IMG/VR virus record: IMGVR_UViG_3300042503_001397 | Direction: 5' to 3' (one strand) | Length of the DNA stretch: 64,000 bases | From: an uncultured virus (IMG/VR IMGVR_UViG_3300042503_001397) | Taxonomy: Duplodnaviria; Heunggongvirae; Uroviricota; Caudoviricetes | The notes under the pieces: generated by a model | Told to the model about the DNA's origin: nothing | The model's input: the letters and a program-made list of their open reading frames with translations, nothing else | Databases searched by the model: none | Shown here: piece after piece, positions 28,831-38,681 of the stretch | Layout: every line of letters begins with the position of its first letter | Position numbering within the stretch: position 1 is the stretch's first letter | Position numbers and translations under genes: made by a program

Positions 28831-30687
28831 TTAATTTTCCCCTTCTTTTGTATATAATAATGATGTTCTGTTTGGATATTGTAGATGTTTCTTTAAAATG
28901 TCCTTTTCGTTATCATCTATAAACTCTCTTAACTTAATTTCGTTTTTAGTTCCCGCTTGTTCTAATGTTATAATAGTAAAATTACGGCCTTTTTCCATTT
29001 TTGTAGATTCGGTTTTCACAACTTTATATTTATTGTTTGATGGTAAAAGTACTTCATGTTGGCCAGACCAATCACCAAAATCATTACCAAACATTTTATC
29101 TTTATTTTTAGCAGATACATTACCTACATTTGCATTCATACAAAATCCATTGAATGTATTTTTTGAATTTACTACTTTGATTATTATGGATTGATTATTT
29201 GATTCATTTACCAATGAATTTGCGTTACCAACATTATTAGCAAATTCAGTAGCTGTTGTTGCATCAAATGAAAATGAAGATATTGGTAAATCAATATTAC
29301 CACCTTCCTTAAAAGATTTCATAAATTTAGAATAATCAAAAGAATTCATAGCCATACCCCTATACAAAGCGTTTGTTTGTACTGGAGGTGGTGGTTCTGA
29401 TTTCAACATCTCATCAATTCTATTTAATGCATCTTTGTTAATCATTGATTGATATGAAATCATATCATTTATATAATTTGGATTCTTTTTAGCTTGCTGC
29501 TTAACCCATTTAGATTGATTTTTATCATTAGCTTCCGAAATACCTACAAAAGAATTATCCTTATCATCTCCCCTTTCCTTTTTAATAAAGTTACGAAGTC
29601 CACCATCCACAGTTGTTGGGTTCTCTAACTCATTCTGCATTGTCTTATTCCACTCATCATCTGAAAGTGTTTTATATTTTAGTGGATATGCTAATTGTAA
29701 ATTTGATAAATCATCCATAGCATCAGTCTCATTATCTTTTCCAAAATAAATGGTATTCCCCATTTTAACTAAAGCATACTCTGATAAACTTTTATAACCC
29801 CAAGCTTTTAAATCTTCTTTATTTGGAGTAAATCCGGATATATCAAAATACATTTCAGGATGTTGTAATATTCTATTTACATCTATTTTATATTTGTTAG
29901 CCACTTTAGCAACATCTTTTGGAGTAAATGTTCCAGAAAATATAATTTTATTCTTTACCTTTGAAAGTGCATTTGTTAAATTTTTAGTAGTTTTATCGTT
30001 ATACAAATCATTTTTATCCGATTCAGCTTTAGCTATTTTTTTATCTGCTTTCTTTTGAATTCCTTCCGGGTCAATTATTTTTTTAATTTTTTCAACAGTA
30101 GCATCTTTACTAAATCCGTAAGCATTATAATATCTTGCATCTTCAGCCTTTCCACCTGGTGCGTACTGATTTAATTCAACACTTTTCATAATCAAATCTC
30201 TAATAAATGTATGAAAAGGTTTGCTCCTACCATTATCTTTTATTTTAGTTTCTGCTCCAAAAGAATTTACAAGATTTATATCAATATCATTATCTTCTAA
30301 TGTTTTTTTAATAAGTTCCGATGTTATATCCGATTGTCTAAATTCGGCATCTGGTACTATTTTTCCGTTTTTATTTTTTCTACTAAGACGAACCACAACA
30401 GTCCCAGCTTTTGTATCTTTCATTGCATTTACAAATTCTTCGGATGGTTCTTTATTATCAATTGTGTCACCTCTTTCCTTTTCATAATCCCCTTTAAATA
30501 AATCGGAAGATTTTGGAGCTTCTACATCCTTTCCTTTTACTTTAGGTGTATTATGTGTACCATCCTTAACTGCAGTATCCATATTATCTTTAGTATCAAA
30601 ATATACTAATTTACCTGTTTTTTTGGATATTGCCGAAAAATCAGTTGTTTTTGGGTTGGCCTCAAATAGTTCTTTAAGTAAAATCAT
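28831..30687 (-). CDS. Protein with C-terminal ADP-ribosyltransferase domain (R-S-E, Alt/VIP2-like)
   Basis: LYRGM...ISSFS...QHEVLLP...YKV. Confidence 0.75.
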   Translation of the reverse strand: MILLKELFEANPKTTDFSAISKKTGKLVYFDTKDNMDTAVKDGTHNTPKVKGKDVEAPKSSDLFKGDYEKERGDTIDNKEPSEEFVNAMKDTKAGTVVVRLSRKNKNGKIVPDAEFRQSDITSELIKKTLEDNDIDINLVNSFGAETKIKDNGRSKPFHTFIRDLIMKSVELNQYAPGGKAEDARYYNAYGFSKDATVEKIKKIIDPEGIQKKADKKIAKAESDKNDLYNDKTTKNLTNALSKVKNKIIFSGTFTPKDVAKVANKYKIDVNRILQHPEMYFDISGFTPNKEDLKAWGYKSLSEYALVKMGNTIYFGKDNETDAMDDLSNLQLAYPLKYKTLSDDEWNKTMQNELENPTTVDGGLRNFIKKERGDDKDNSFVGISEANDKNQSKWVKQQAKKNPNYINDMISYQSMINKDALNRIDEMLKSEPPPPVQTNALYRGMAMNSFDYSKFMKSFKEGGNIDLPISSFSFDATTATEFANNVGNANSLVNESNNQSIIIKVVNSKNTFNGFCMNANVGNVSAKNKDKMFGNDFGDWSGQHEVLLPSNNKYKVVKTESTKMEKGRNFTIITLEQAGTKNEIKLREFIDDNEKDILKKHLQYPNRTSLLYTKEGEN

Positions 30688-30705
30688 GTATATAAATATA
30701 AGGCA

Positions 30706-30739
30706 AATAAAAAGGGAGAATTTTTACGTTCTCCCTTTT
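30706..30739 (-). terminator. Rho-independent terminator
   Basis: AAAAGGGAGAA-loop-TTCTCCCTTTT after the endolysin. Confidence 0.75.
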
Positions 30740-30743
30740 GTTA

Positions 30744-31583
30744 TTATGCTAATAAATGATAATATTCTTTAAAGTGTTTAATTCTATCAGGCAATCCAAT
30801 AGTACCACCATTTACTCTTTTAGTAATCTTTGTTACAACTGTATCACTAGCTCCTTCATCCGCCATCTTATGTAATCCGTTTTTAGAAAAGAACCAAGCT
30901 GCTGATAATAAAGCGTAAGATGATGCTACCTTATCAGGGTTTGCTGTCATATCTTCACCAATTGATTTACCAAATGCAGTGTAATTTTCTTTACCTGTCA
31001 ATTGGATATATCCTCTACCTCTGAATTTATAGCCTTCACCGCTTGCTTCAGTTCCATTGCCCATTCTATTTGCATATACTTTAGATGCAATCTTTTGTGG
31101 TTGTCTAGCATATGGAGTTGCTGCTGCTTCAGTTGGGAAGTATTTCTTAAAGATACCAGCCAATCCTTTTGCTGAATAGTTTAGGTTTTCTTGAGTTGCT
31201 CTAAATCCACCACTCTCGTGTCCACATTGTGCTAAGAAGTGTGCCAATCTCAATGGAGTATTAATTTGGAACTTAGCTGCCGTATCAGGAATCATAGCAA
31301 TAACCGCATCAGGAATATGTCCTTTAAGTTTATCTAATTTTAATCCACCTACCGGTGCTATTGGTGCAGATACGATTGGAGTAGGGGCTGCTACAGATTC
31401 TCCCATAATCTTTGCCCAAGTTGATGGTCCTACAATACCATCTGCAGTTAAACCATTCTTTGCTTGCCATTCTTTTACAGCTGCTTCGGTTTTAGGTCCA
31501 AAGTTAGTTACCGCTGGTTCAATACCCAGCTTTTGTTGCATTAACTTTACGTTTTCGTTATTATCTCCTTTTTTTAATAACAT
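30744..31583 (-). CDS. Endolysin: peptidoglycan-binding domain + GH19
   Basis: WQAKNGLTADGIVGP; AHFLAQCGHES, ENLNYS, FRGRGYIQLTG, VNGGTIGL. Confidence 0.93.
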   Translation of the reverse strand: MLLKKGDNNENVKLMQQKLGIEPAVTNFGPKTEAAVKEWQAKNGLTADGIVGPSTWAKIMGESVAAPTPIVSAPIAPVGGLKLDKLKGHIPDAVIAMIPDTAAKFQINTPLRLAHFLAQCGHESGGFRATQENLNYSAKGLAGIFKKYFPTEAAATPYARQPQKIASKVYANRMGNGTEASGEGYKFRGRGYIQLTGKENYTAFGKSIGEDMTANPDKVASSYALLSAAWFFSKNGLHKMADEGASDTVVTKITKRVNGGTIGLPDRIKHFKEYYHLLA

Positions 31584-31591
31584 AATAAAAA

Positions 31592-32023
31592 TTATTTAGA
31601 TTGTCCTTCCGTAACTTCTTTATTTCCTTCTCCGAAATCAATTACTTCAAAAATTCTTGTCTGAATTTTCTTTGTACCTTCGGCGTTTGTTAATATGATT
31701 GAATTCTTAAACTTTTGCCAATTGATGACAAAAGATGTATCTAACACCCCACCATTCTCCTCTTTAACTAATTCGTTAAGAGCATTAATAGTGTAAAGTG
31801 AATTAGATTCTTTCTTTCTATGTATTAGTATTGTATTTTCCAATGGAGTCTCCGGTTGGAAAGCAGTATCTATATTATAAGTCACAAACAATTCCTCTAA
31901 ATTGGACTTGTTTTGTAGTATATAGATATAGTTGTAGACTATATGGTAAGTCTCTCTTATCTGTTGTAGAGTATTTTGTAACTCCTCTTTTGTTGTAAAT
32001 GTACAAAGTAACTGTGTCTTCAT
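31592..32023 (-). CDS. Hypothetical protein
   Basis: 143-aa ORF preceded by TATTTATA. Confidence 0.7.
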   Translation of the reverse strand: MKTQLLCTFTTKEELQNTLQQIRETYHIVYNYIYILQNKSNLEELFVTYNIDTAFQPETPLENTILIHRKKESNSLYTINALNELVKEENGGVLDTSFVINWQKFKNSIILTNAEGTKKIQTRIFEVIDFGEGNKEVTEGQSK

Positions 32024-32087
32024 CCTTCCTCTTGTGTCTTTTTATTATCTATAAATATCAAAAACCAAAAGGAAGGATAAAAACGGG

Positions 32088-35000
32088 TTATTTTTTCTTA
32101 TTTGCTTTTGCCGCTCTATTATTTACTCTTTTACCAATAGATTGTCTAGCTTTCTCATTTGATTCGGATGTATCTCCATTTTTACGATTTGCTTCAGAAA
32201 TAGCTAATGCAAAATCATCGGAACAAGATATTTCAAAACCAACAGTTCCTTCATATCCTTTACCTTTTTGTCTTGCACCTACTACACCAATCGGAATATC
32301 TTTACCATCTTTGGTTTTTGCACCATATACTAATATAGTTTCACCATTTGGTAATCTTTTTAATTTCATACCTTTTTGTAATTCATCATAGTTTGCTACA
32401 CCAAATACAGTTTGTAAAGTTTTTTGAGTTACTTTCATACCATCTATACACATAAACTCCTCACCCTGCATACAAGTCTTCATTGGGAATGCATCTGCCA
32501 ATTTCTGCATTAAACCTCCCATTAATTGAGGACTTTCTGGTAATACTTCCATTAAAGCATTTCCGGCTTCTACTGCTAAATTATAATGTTTACTCAAAGC
32601 TTTTTCAGCTTTAGTATCACCAGCAGCTATTGCTACTTTAGATGCCAACACTGCTACTTTACATACTCTATCATCGGTTGTATCCTCCCCAGCTGCACTT
32701 AATTTTTGTCTTATACATGTAGTTATATCTTTAGTACCACTTGCTTTACAATCCTTAACTGCTTTGTAAGCAAATTTAGCAAAATCTTTATCACCACCAT
32801 CTATATTTTTTGCATTATCAATCACATTATTTGCGTTTCTAATATTAGTGTTTGCTGTTTTAATTAAACTTTCTGCTGATTTTGTTTGAGCTCCTCCAAA
32901 ATTTCTAACTTTAGAAACTGCTTGTTGTACATGCGAAGGTGCTGCATCAAATGCTTTTGTTCTAATATCACCTGCTAATTGTTTCAATGCAGCTATTGCT
33001 TTTGTACCTTTTAATCCAGTAATTCTTTCAGCTGCTGCTAAGGCGGCCGCTCTATCTTCTGGATTTTTGTTTGATGCTCCTGCTTTTGTTACTATTGCTT
33101 CATATCCTTTTACTCTTTTTCTCTCCTTATCATCTAAGAAGTTTAATACAAAATTATTAACTTCATTAATTGAACCATTAAAGAAGAAAATGTTTTCATC
33201 TTTCTTTAAAGAATTCTTTTGTGCTCTAGCAGGTCCGTTTGGTTTACCATTTTTATCTAAAGGTTGTACTCTTAACATTACATCGGTTGAGAATCCTTTG
33301 TTTTTATAATCTAATCCTAATGATTCAACATCACTCCTAATATCCCAAGCAGCTCCTTCAAATCTCCACTGACCTTTACCATATTTTTCATCCATTGCCG
33401 AATCAAATGCTTCTGCGTGTGTTAGTGAGGCCTCTACCCAATCTTTAGTTGCAATTGAACTTTGTTTTCCACCTCCAAATTCTTCTGCTGATTTTGCAAT
33501 CTCAGCGCTCATTATATCAGCAAGTTGTCTTCTTTGTTGTGGGTCTCTCATTGACATAAATGCCATTGCCATTACTTCACCAAATTGAGATTGAATTTGC
33601 CCAGCACCACCTTGCTTTATTAATTCAGTTACAGGTGGTTTTTTACCTTTAACTTGTGTATTAATACATCTTTCTAAAAACTTAATATATTTTTCAGGAA
33701 ATCCTGATTCTTTTAATTTTGTTCTTGTATCTTTATCTACTTTATATGGCTCTTTTCTAACCAAAGAAGAATGCTTTCTTCCACCATTTGAAGTTGAATA
33801 GTAATCATCATCGGAATATCCATCAGCCATATCTTGGTTTGAATACTCTGGTGCCAATTCTCTCATATCATCAGGAGTTGCTTCTCCCGTATTTACATAT
33901 TTTTCTAATATAGAATCAAGTTCTTCGGGTTTTACTTCTAAAATAGTCTTACCTTCATCTCCGTTCTTTTTGTGTGGATTATTTGTTTCAACTCTTTCTT
34001 TTTTAGCTGGAACTGATGCTTTTTTTACATCCGGCTTCATATCAGGAGTTTTTCTAAAATCACCAGCTCCTAATTTTTTAGTTGGAGCTTGTGGTGTTGT
34101 AGTACCTCCTGCATTTTTAATATCTCTCTTATTAGGAACATCGTGTTGTGCTGATTTTGGTGCTATTACAGTATAAACATTACCAGTCTTTTTACTTTTT
34201 ACCCAATACTTACCATCATCTGATTTTGGATATGTTGCTTCATCTATAAAGCCATAAATCATTTCTAACATTAACTCATTTGCTAAATCTATACTTTCTT
34301 CTTTCATTTTTGGTTCTATTGGTGTTTCAACGTTATCAGTTTCACCATTTTCTTTTTTCTTATTATATGAATCAACCATATCCTCCATCATTTCATCACT
34401 AATTTCCATTTCTTCAAGTCCTTTTGCAATCAATTCAGTAAACTTTAATATGTTTGCATCCATTTCAGCTTCACCATCCGCATCAGCAAATACAGCTGCT
34501 TTACCAACTCCCTTTAGAATTGTCTCACCAATAATGTGAGGTATAAACTCCATTGCTACGTGCTTTCCAAATGCAGCAACACCATGTGATAATCCACCAA
34601 ATGCAGCTCCGAATACGGCGGTAGTTACTACTTTAAATGCAACTGCTTTAACGGCTTTTTGTTCATGCTCACTCAAAGGTTTACCACTAAAAAAGTTTTG
34701 AACTCCTTTACCAGCTGCTTTAAATTCCTCAACCTCATGCTTAGCTCCTTTCTTAATTGCCTTCAAAGCCCCAGCTGCTTTATCTTTTAAAGCCTGTCCT
34801 AAACTTCTACGTTCTTTTGAACCAGGCGCACCTTCGTTTTTCTCAAAGAATGCTTTTTCCTTTTCAGTCCATTTATCTATTTTTTGTTTTATCTTATCAG
34901 TAATTTTTGGTACTGATGTTACGGCTGATGGTGTCTCTTTATTTGCATCTGCTTTCTTAGGTGCGATTCCCATATCTTCTGCAAACTTATTTGCCATTGG

Positions 35001-36278
35001 TATTGCATCTTTAATATCCTGGTCTAATACCGTTGTTTTCATTGGTATTTGTTTGTCTGGATTTTGTGCATTATATGCTACAATTGCTGCCCATCTATGG
35101 TGGCCATCAATTACATATCCATCTCTACTCACATATATTGGTGCGGTAATTTTTGGATGATTAGGGTCTTTCTCTAAAGCCCCCATCATACCAACTACTT
35201 TTGCTCCAACTAAATCTTTTTGTGTTGCTTTTAATTTATCAGCAGGTACTTCAGTTTGTAAGGTTTTAATTCCCTTCTCTTTTAACATTTCTTTGAATAC
35301 AGGTTCAGTATCAACCTCACCACTAGCATCAGCTTCCATTCCAGCTGCTCTACTACCCGGCGATGCATTTCCTTTAAATTGTGGCATCTCATCTCTTGGT
35401 ATTCCTAAGTTATCATCACAATATAAGTTTGTACCTGGCACAGTTACATCACATAAATTAACATTTGGTGCAGGTTCTCCTTTAGCTTTAGCATCAGCTA
35501 CTTGCTGTGCTACTTTATTAATATCTGTATTGAATTGTTCTAACTCCTTTGGGTCTATTGCATCTGGAATATCACTACCACCACTAAATGTATCAGTATC
35601 GGCTTGTGGCATTTCCTTTGCTACATCTTTAATATCAATTGGATTAAATTTAGCATCTAATGGATTTGGTTCTTCTTTTGATTTTTCAGAATCAGCTTCT
35701 TTATCCTTTTGTGCTATCTTATCATTTGCCGCTTTTTCTCTATCCATTCTAGCTCCCATTGCAGGGTCTGCTTTTGGGTCAAACATTGATGCCGCTTGCT
35801 TTTGTTTTTCCTTTTCAGCATCAGCTCCACCTACCGCACCACCTTCTCCACCTTCAGGTTTTTTTGGTTGTCCTTCACCACCCAATTCCTGATTTAATTT
35901 TTCTCTTTCTGGAGAACCTTCCGGTGGTAACATTTTTTCTGCTGCCGTTCTAGCAGGACTTCCTTCCGGTTGTCTTAATAGATTTCCAACAATACCTTCT
36001 TTATCTTCACCACCTGTACTCTTATAAGTTACTTTTTTATTTAAGATAGGATTAGTAAAGTTTTTATCAGCTTCTGCAATATCTTGAGGAGTCTTTCCCT
36101 TTTCGGTTAAAAGATTTTCAATTAGCATATCTTCTATTTGAGATATTCCCATTTCTTTTAATACAATACGCAACTCTTTTAAGTGAGTTGGATTTTTCAC
36201 ATCAGGCATACCATCTTTTACTCTGTATGCCCAATCTGATACGATTTCCTTTATTAATTCAGTTATATTCATATTCAT
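32088..36278 (-). CDS. 1396-aa multidomain protein: ParB/Srx-like domain and putative PD-(D/E)XK-like C-terminal domain
   Basis: GIPRDEMPQ, LKATQ, YVIDGHHRWAA; later QFGEV...STDVML...SLKK. Confidence 0.6.
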   Translation of the reverse strand: MNMNITELIKEIVSDWAYRVKDGMPDVKNPTHLKELRIVLKEMGISQIEDMLIENLLTEKGKTPQDIAEADKNFTNPILNKKVTYKSTGGEDKEGIVGNLLRQPEGSPARTAAEKMLPPEGSPEREKLNQELGGEGQPKKPEGGEGGAVGGADAEKEKQKQAASMFDPKADPAMGARMDREKAANDKIAQKDKEADSEKSKEEPNPLDAKFNPIDIKDVAKEMPQADTDTFSGGSDIPDAIDPKELEQFNTDINKVAQQVADAKAKGEPAPNVNLCDVTVPGTNLYCDDNLGIPRDEMPQFKGNASPGSRAAGMEADASGEVDTEPVFKEMLKEKGIKTLQTEVPADKLKATQKDLVGAKVVGMMGALEKDPNHPKITAPIYVSRDGYVIDGHHRWAAIVAYNAQNPDKQIPMKTTVLDQDIKDAIPMANKFAEDMGIAPKKADANKETPSAVTSVPKITDKIKQKIDKWTEKEKAFFEKNEGAPGSKERRSLGQALKDKAAGALKAIKKGAKHEVEEFKAAGKGVQNFFSGKPLSEHEQKAVKAVAFKVVTTAVFGAAFGGLSHGVAAFGKHVAMEFIPHIIGETILKGVGKAAVFADADGEAEMDANILKFTELIAKGLEEMEISDEMMEDMVDSYNKKKENGETDNVETPIEPKMKEESIDLANELMLEMIYGFIDEATYPKSDDGKYWVKSKKTGNVYTVIAPKSAQHDVPNKRDIKNAGGTTTPQAPTKKLGAGDFRKTPDMKPDVKKASVPAKKERVETNNPHKKNGDEGKTILEVKPEELDSILEKYVNTGEATPDDMRELAPEYSNQDMADGYSDDDYYSTSNGGRKHSSLVRKEPYKVDKDTRTKLKESGFPEKYIKFLERCINTQVKGKKPPVTELIKQGGAGQIQSQFGEVMAMAFMSMRDPQQRRQLADIMSAEIAKSAEEFGGGKQSSIATKDWVEASLTHAEAFDSAMDEKYGKGQWRFEGAAWDIRSDVESLGLDYKNKGFSTDVMLRVQPLDKNGKPNGPARAQKNSLKKDENIFFFNGSINEVNNFVLNFLDDKERKRVKGYEAIVTKAGASNKNPEDRAAALAAAERITGLKGTKAIAALKQLAGDIRTKAFDAAPSHVQQAVSKVRNFGGAQTKSAESLIKTANTNIRNANNVIDNAKNIDGGDKDFAKFAYKAVKDCKASGTKDITTCIRQKLSAAGEDTTDDRVCKVAVLASKVAIAAGDTKAEKALSKHYNLAVEAGNALMEVLPESPQLMGGLMQKLADAFPMKTCMQGEEFMCIDGMKVTQKTLQTVFGVANYDELQKGMKLKRLPNGETILVYGAKTKDGKDIPIGVVGARQKGKGYEGTVGFEISCSDDFALAISEANRKNGDTSESNEKARQSIGKRVNNRAAKANKKK

Positions 36279-36880
36279 TAAAATTTATGGTCGTTTGCTT
36301 CACATACCATTTCCAACTCATCCCAATTAAATTTAGGTTTTTCATTTAGAAATACATAACACTTCCATTTCTTTTGTTTTTCAAAATAGATATGTTTTTG
36401 TAAGTGGGATGGTATTGCTGCTCCAGTTGCTACTCTTTTAGCAGGAGTATCAAAGAATGTTTTTATTAATACGGTAATATTTTCGGTATCATCCCATTTA
36501 CGGATTTGTTCTTCTAACATTCTCCATTCACCTCTATTAAGATATTTATCCTGCATTATGCAATTTAGATAAGAAAATGTTTGTTTTAGATTTACCATAT
36601 TATCAGAAAATGTTGCAGCTGGTGCACCATGTCCTTTGTCATATATGTTTGCTTTATAATCATCACCATCTGATGTTTTGATATTTGCTTCTTTATAAAA
36701 ATCCATAGCTCCTCTATTCACATTTGTAGGACGGTTAGTAGAACGATACTTAATTACTAAGGGTTGTTCTAACGATTGTGAGTATAAAACCTCAAACACA
36801 TTATTTTTAATTCTTACATTTTGTCCAAAGGAAACCAAAGAAAGGATTAAAAAAATAAAAAGGATAACGATTTTCTTCAT
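36278..36880 (-). CDS. Secreted DNA/RNA non-specific endonuclease (NucA-like)
   Basis: Signal peptide MKKIVILFIFLILSLVSFG; YDKGHGAPA, TFSYLN, LNRGEW..LE..IR. Confidence 0.88.
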   Translation of the reverse strand: MKKIVILFIFLILSLVSFGQNVRIKNNVFEVLYSQSLEQPLVIKYRSTNRPTNVNRGAMDFYKEANIKTSDGDDYKANIYDKGHGAPAATFSDNMVNLKQTFSYLNCIMQDKYLNRGEWRMLEEQIRKWDDTENITVLIKTFFDTPAKRVATGAAIPSHLQKHIYFEKQKKWKCYVFLNEKPKFNWDELEMVCEANDHKF

Positions 36881-36919
36881 ATTATAGCACGTTTTTGTAT
36901 ATACTATAAATATGGGTTC

Positions 36920-38206
36920 TTATAGTTTTCCGTAATCCAAACCCCAACTAGCCTTAACAGGGAAACCACTTCCTTCGATGATTTCCTTCAATCCCTTAAT
37001 CAATCCCTTATCAATATCAGTCGGAACATCAAAAAGAAACGAGTCATATGTGTATAAACAAAAGTTAATACCACTACCTCTTATATAATCCAATATCTTT
37101 CTCATAACCTCAATGTTCATCTCAGTCTCAACGGCTTGTAATAAGTAGTTGAATACCTTTTGTGCATTTGGTTGTTCTATCCAGCTCAATGGGATTTCTC
37201 TATGTGGTGTTTGTAAGTATCCCTTCTTTTGTACATCAATCCATAAGGTATCAATGTAATCAGCTACCGCATTAAAATATGGGATTTGACGGAAATCATC
37301 ATCAATACCACCATAAAGTAATTGGAACGTAATACCCTTTGATTCATCCACACTACATCCATATTGTTCGGCCAACCACTCATGCACACTGGTTTTGGGA
37401 AGCTCAAAGTTTACCAACTTACCAATCAATCGAGGGTGATATGCGTTATAATCCATTTGTAGGAATATACCATCGGAAACGAAACATTCTCTACTACCAT
37501 CGGTTTTATTTAAGGCGGCATAGTTCACACCACCATGTCTATTGGATGGTCTACCTGTCACCGTAAATGGATTGTATTCGGTGTACACTAAGTTATCGGA
37601 GGATACTTGCTTTTGAGCTTGTGGCCATCTATCAGTAAATTTTTTCCCATCGACACGGATTCCAAATTGTTCGATATCTGAAAGGGTAGGTATAAACACT
37701 TCGTTGTACCACTTAAGAGTAGTAGTGTATGGTTCATTATGGAAGTATTTACGAAATTGCGGTTCTATCACCTCTACAATCTTCATTAGAGGAAGGGATT
37801 GGATTAAGTCATCTCTATACCCTTTGTGAGTCAACGTTGAAAGGAGAGGATTTAAAGGGGCTTCATAATCAATTACCTTTGCTTCCTTTCTAAAGTATGC
37901 AGAATCTACATCGTATAGATTTACTGAAACATTAAGAGTATGTAATATCTTCTTTTTTTGGAATACCCACTTTTGTCCGTTGGTATTTATGATAGATTCT
38001 ATTTGCGCATTACTTAACGATAGAGCGTCTGTATGTTTATGAGGTAGAATGTATAAGCCATCTGAACATCGTACAACTACGAGCGAAATAGAAGTGTTTA
38101 ATGGATGCTTACTATTATCTACCCACAATGGATACCAAATAGATGCTTCCGTTTCCAGCTTTTGTTTTAATTCATTAATTTCCTCAATAGACTCAATAAT
38201 CTTCAT
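36920..38206 (-). CDS. Minimal family A DNA polymerase-like protein
   Basis: GIRVD, TGRPSN, motif A MDYNAYHPR, motif B K...F...YG, NYLLQA, motif C YDS. Confidence 0.8.
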   Translation of the reverse strand: MKIIESIEEINELKQKLETEASIWYPLWVDNSKHPLNTSISLVVVRCSDGLYILPHKHTDALSLSNAQIESIINTNGQKWVFQKKKILHTLNVSVNLYDVDSAYFRKEAKVIDYEAPLNPLLSTLTHKGYRDDLIQSLPLMKIVEVIEPQFRKYFHNEPYTTTLKWYNEVFIPTLSDIEQFGIRVDGKKFTDRWPQAQKQVSSDNLVYTEYNPFTVTGRPSNRHGGVNYAALNKTDGSRECFVSDGIFLQMDYNAYHPRLIGKLVNFELPKTSVHEWLAEQYGCSVDESKGITFQLLYGGIDDDFRQIPYFNAVADYIDTLWIDVQKKGYLQTPHREIPLSWIEQPNAQKVFNYLLQAVETEMNIEVMRKILDYIRGSGINFCLYTYDSFLFDVPTDIDKGLIKGLKEIIEGSGFPVKASWGLDYGKL

Positions 38207-38211
38207 AGATA

Positions 38212-38244
38212 CAAAGATACGAAAATTATATTAAAATACCAAAT
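38212..38244 (-). promoter_or_regulatory. Bacteroidetes-type promoter, very close to the PolA-like start
   Basis: ATTTG-N20-TATCTTTG ending 5 nt before ATG 38206. Confidence 0.75.
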
Positions 38245-38248
38245 CTTT

Positions 38249-38635
38249 TTAGGAAATATCAACTACCCATAATTTTGGGTTATATCCATAATGTACCAAT
38301 CCAGACAAACGAGTATTACCTGCAACCAAATCATAATCATTATCTGAAAACTTTACTACGATTGGATATTCCACTAATCCATCTTGAATGTATTGTTTTA
38401 CAAATTTAATTTTTTTGGGTTCTAATGAATTAAAGTTTAAATCAACATTACCTAATATATCTTTTATAGAATTGAAATCAATAACATATCCGGCTTTACC
38501 TTTTTTAATCCATTCCAATCTACCCATTTCAACGAATTCAGGATATCGTTCAGCTTCCTCCCATTCACTATCAAAGTTTGGATGGATATACTTAATATTA
38601 TTTTTTTCTTCCAATAATGCTTTTAAAGATATCAT
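38249..38635 (-). CDS. Small ParB/Srx-like protein
   Basis: EYPIVV...YDLVAGNTRL. Confidence 0.6.
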   Translation of the reverse strand: MISLKALLEEKNNIKYIHPNFDSEWEEAERYPEFVEMGRLEWIKKGKAGYVIDFNSIKDILGNVDLNFNSLEPKKIKFVKQYIQDGLVEYPIVVKFSDNDYDLVAGNTRLSGLVHYGYNPKLWVVDIS

Positions 38636-38647
38636 ATACATAAATAT

Positions 38648-38681
38648 AAAAAAATCCCAAACTATTAAAGTTCGGGATTTT
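38648..38681 (-). terminator. Terminator of the tmRNA gene
   Basis: AAAATCCCGAACT-TTAAT-AGTTTGGGATTTT followed by T's. Confidence 0.8.
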
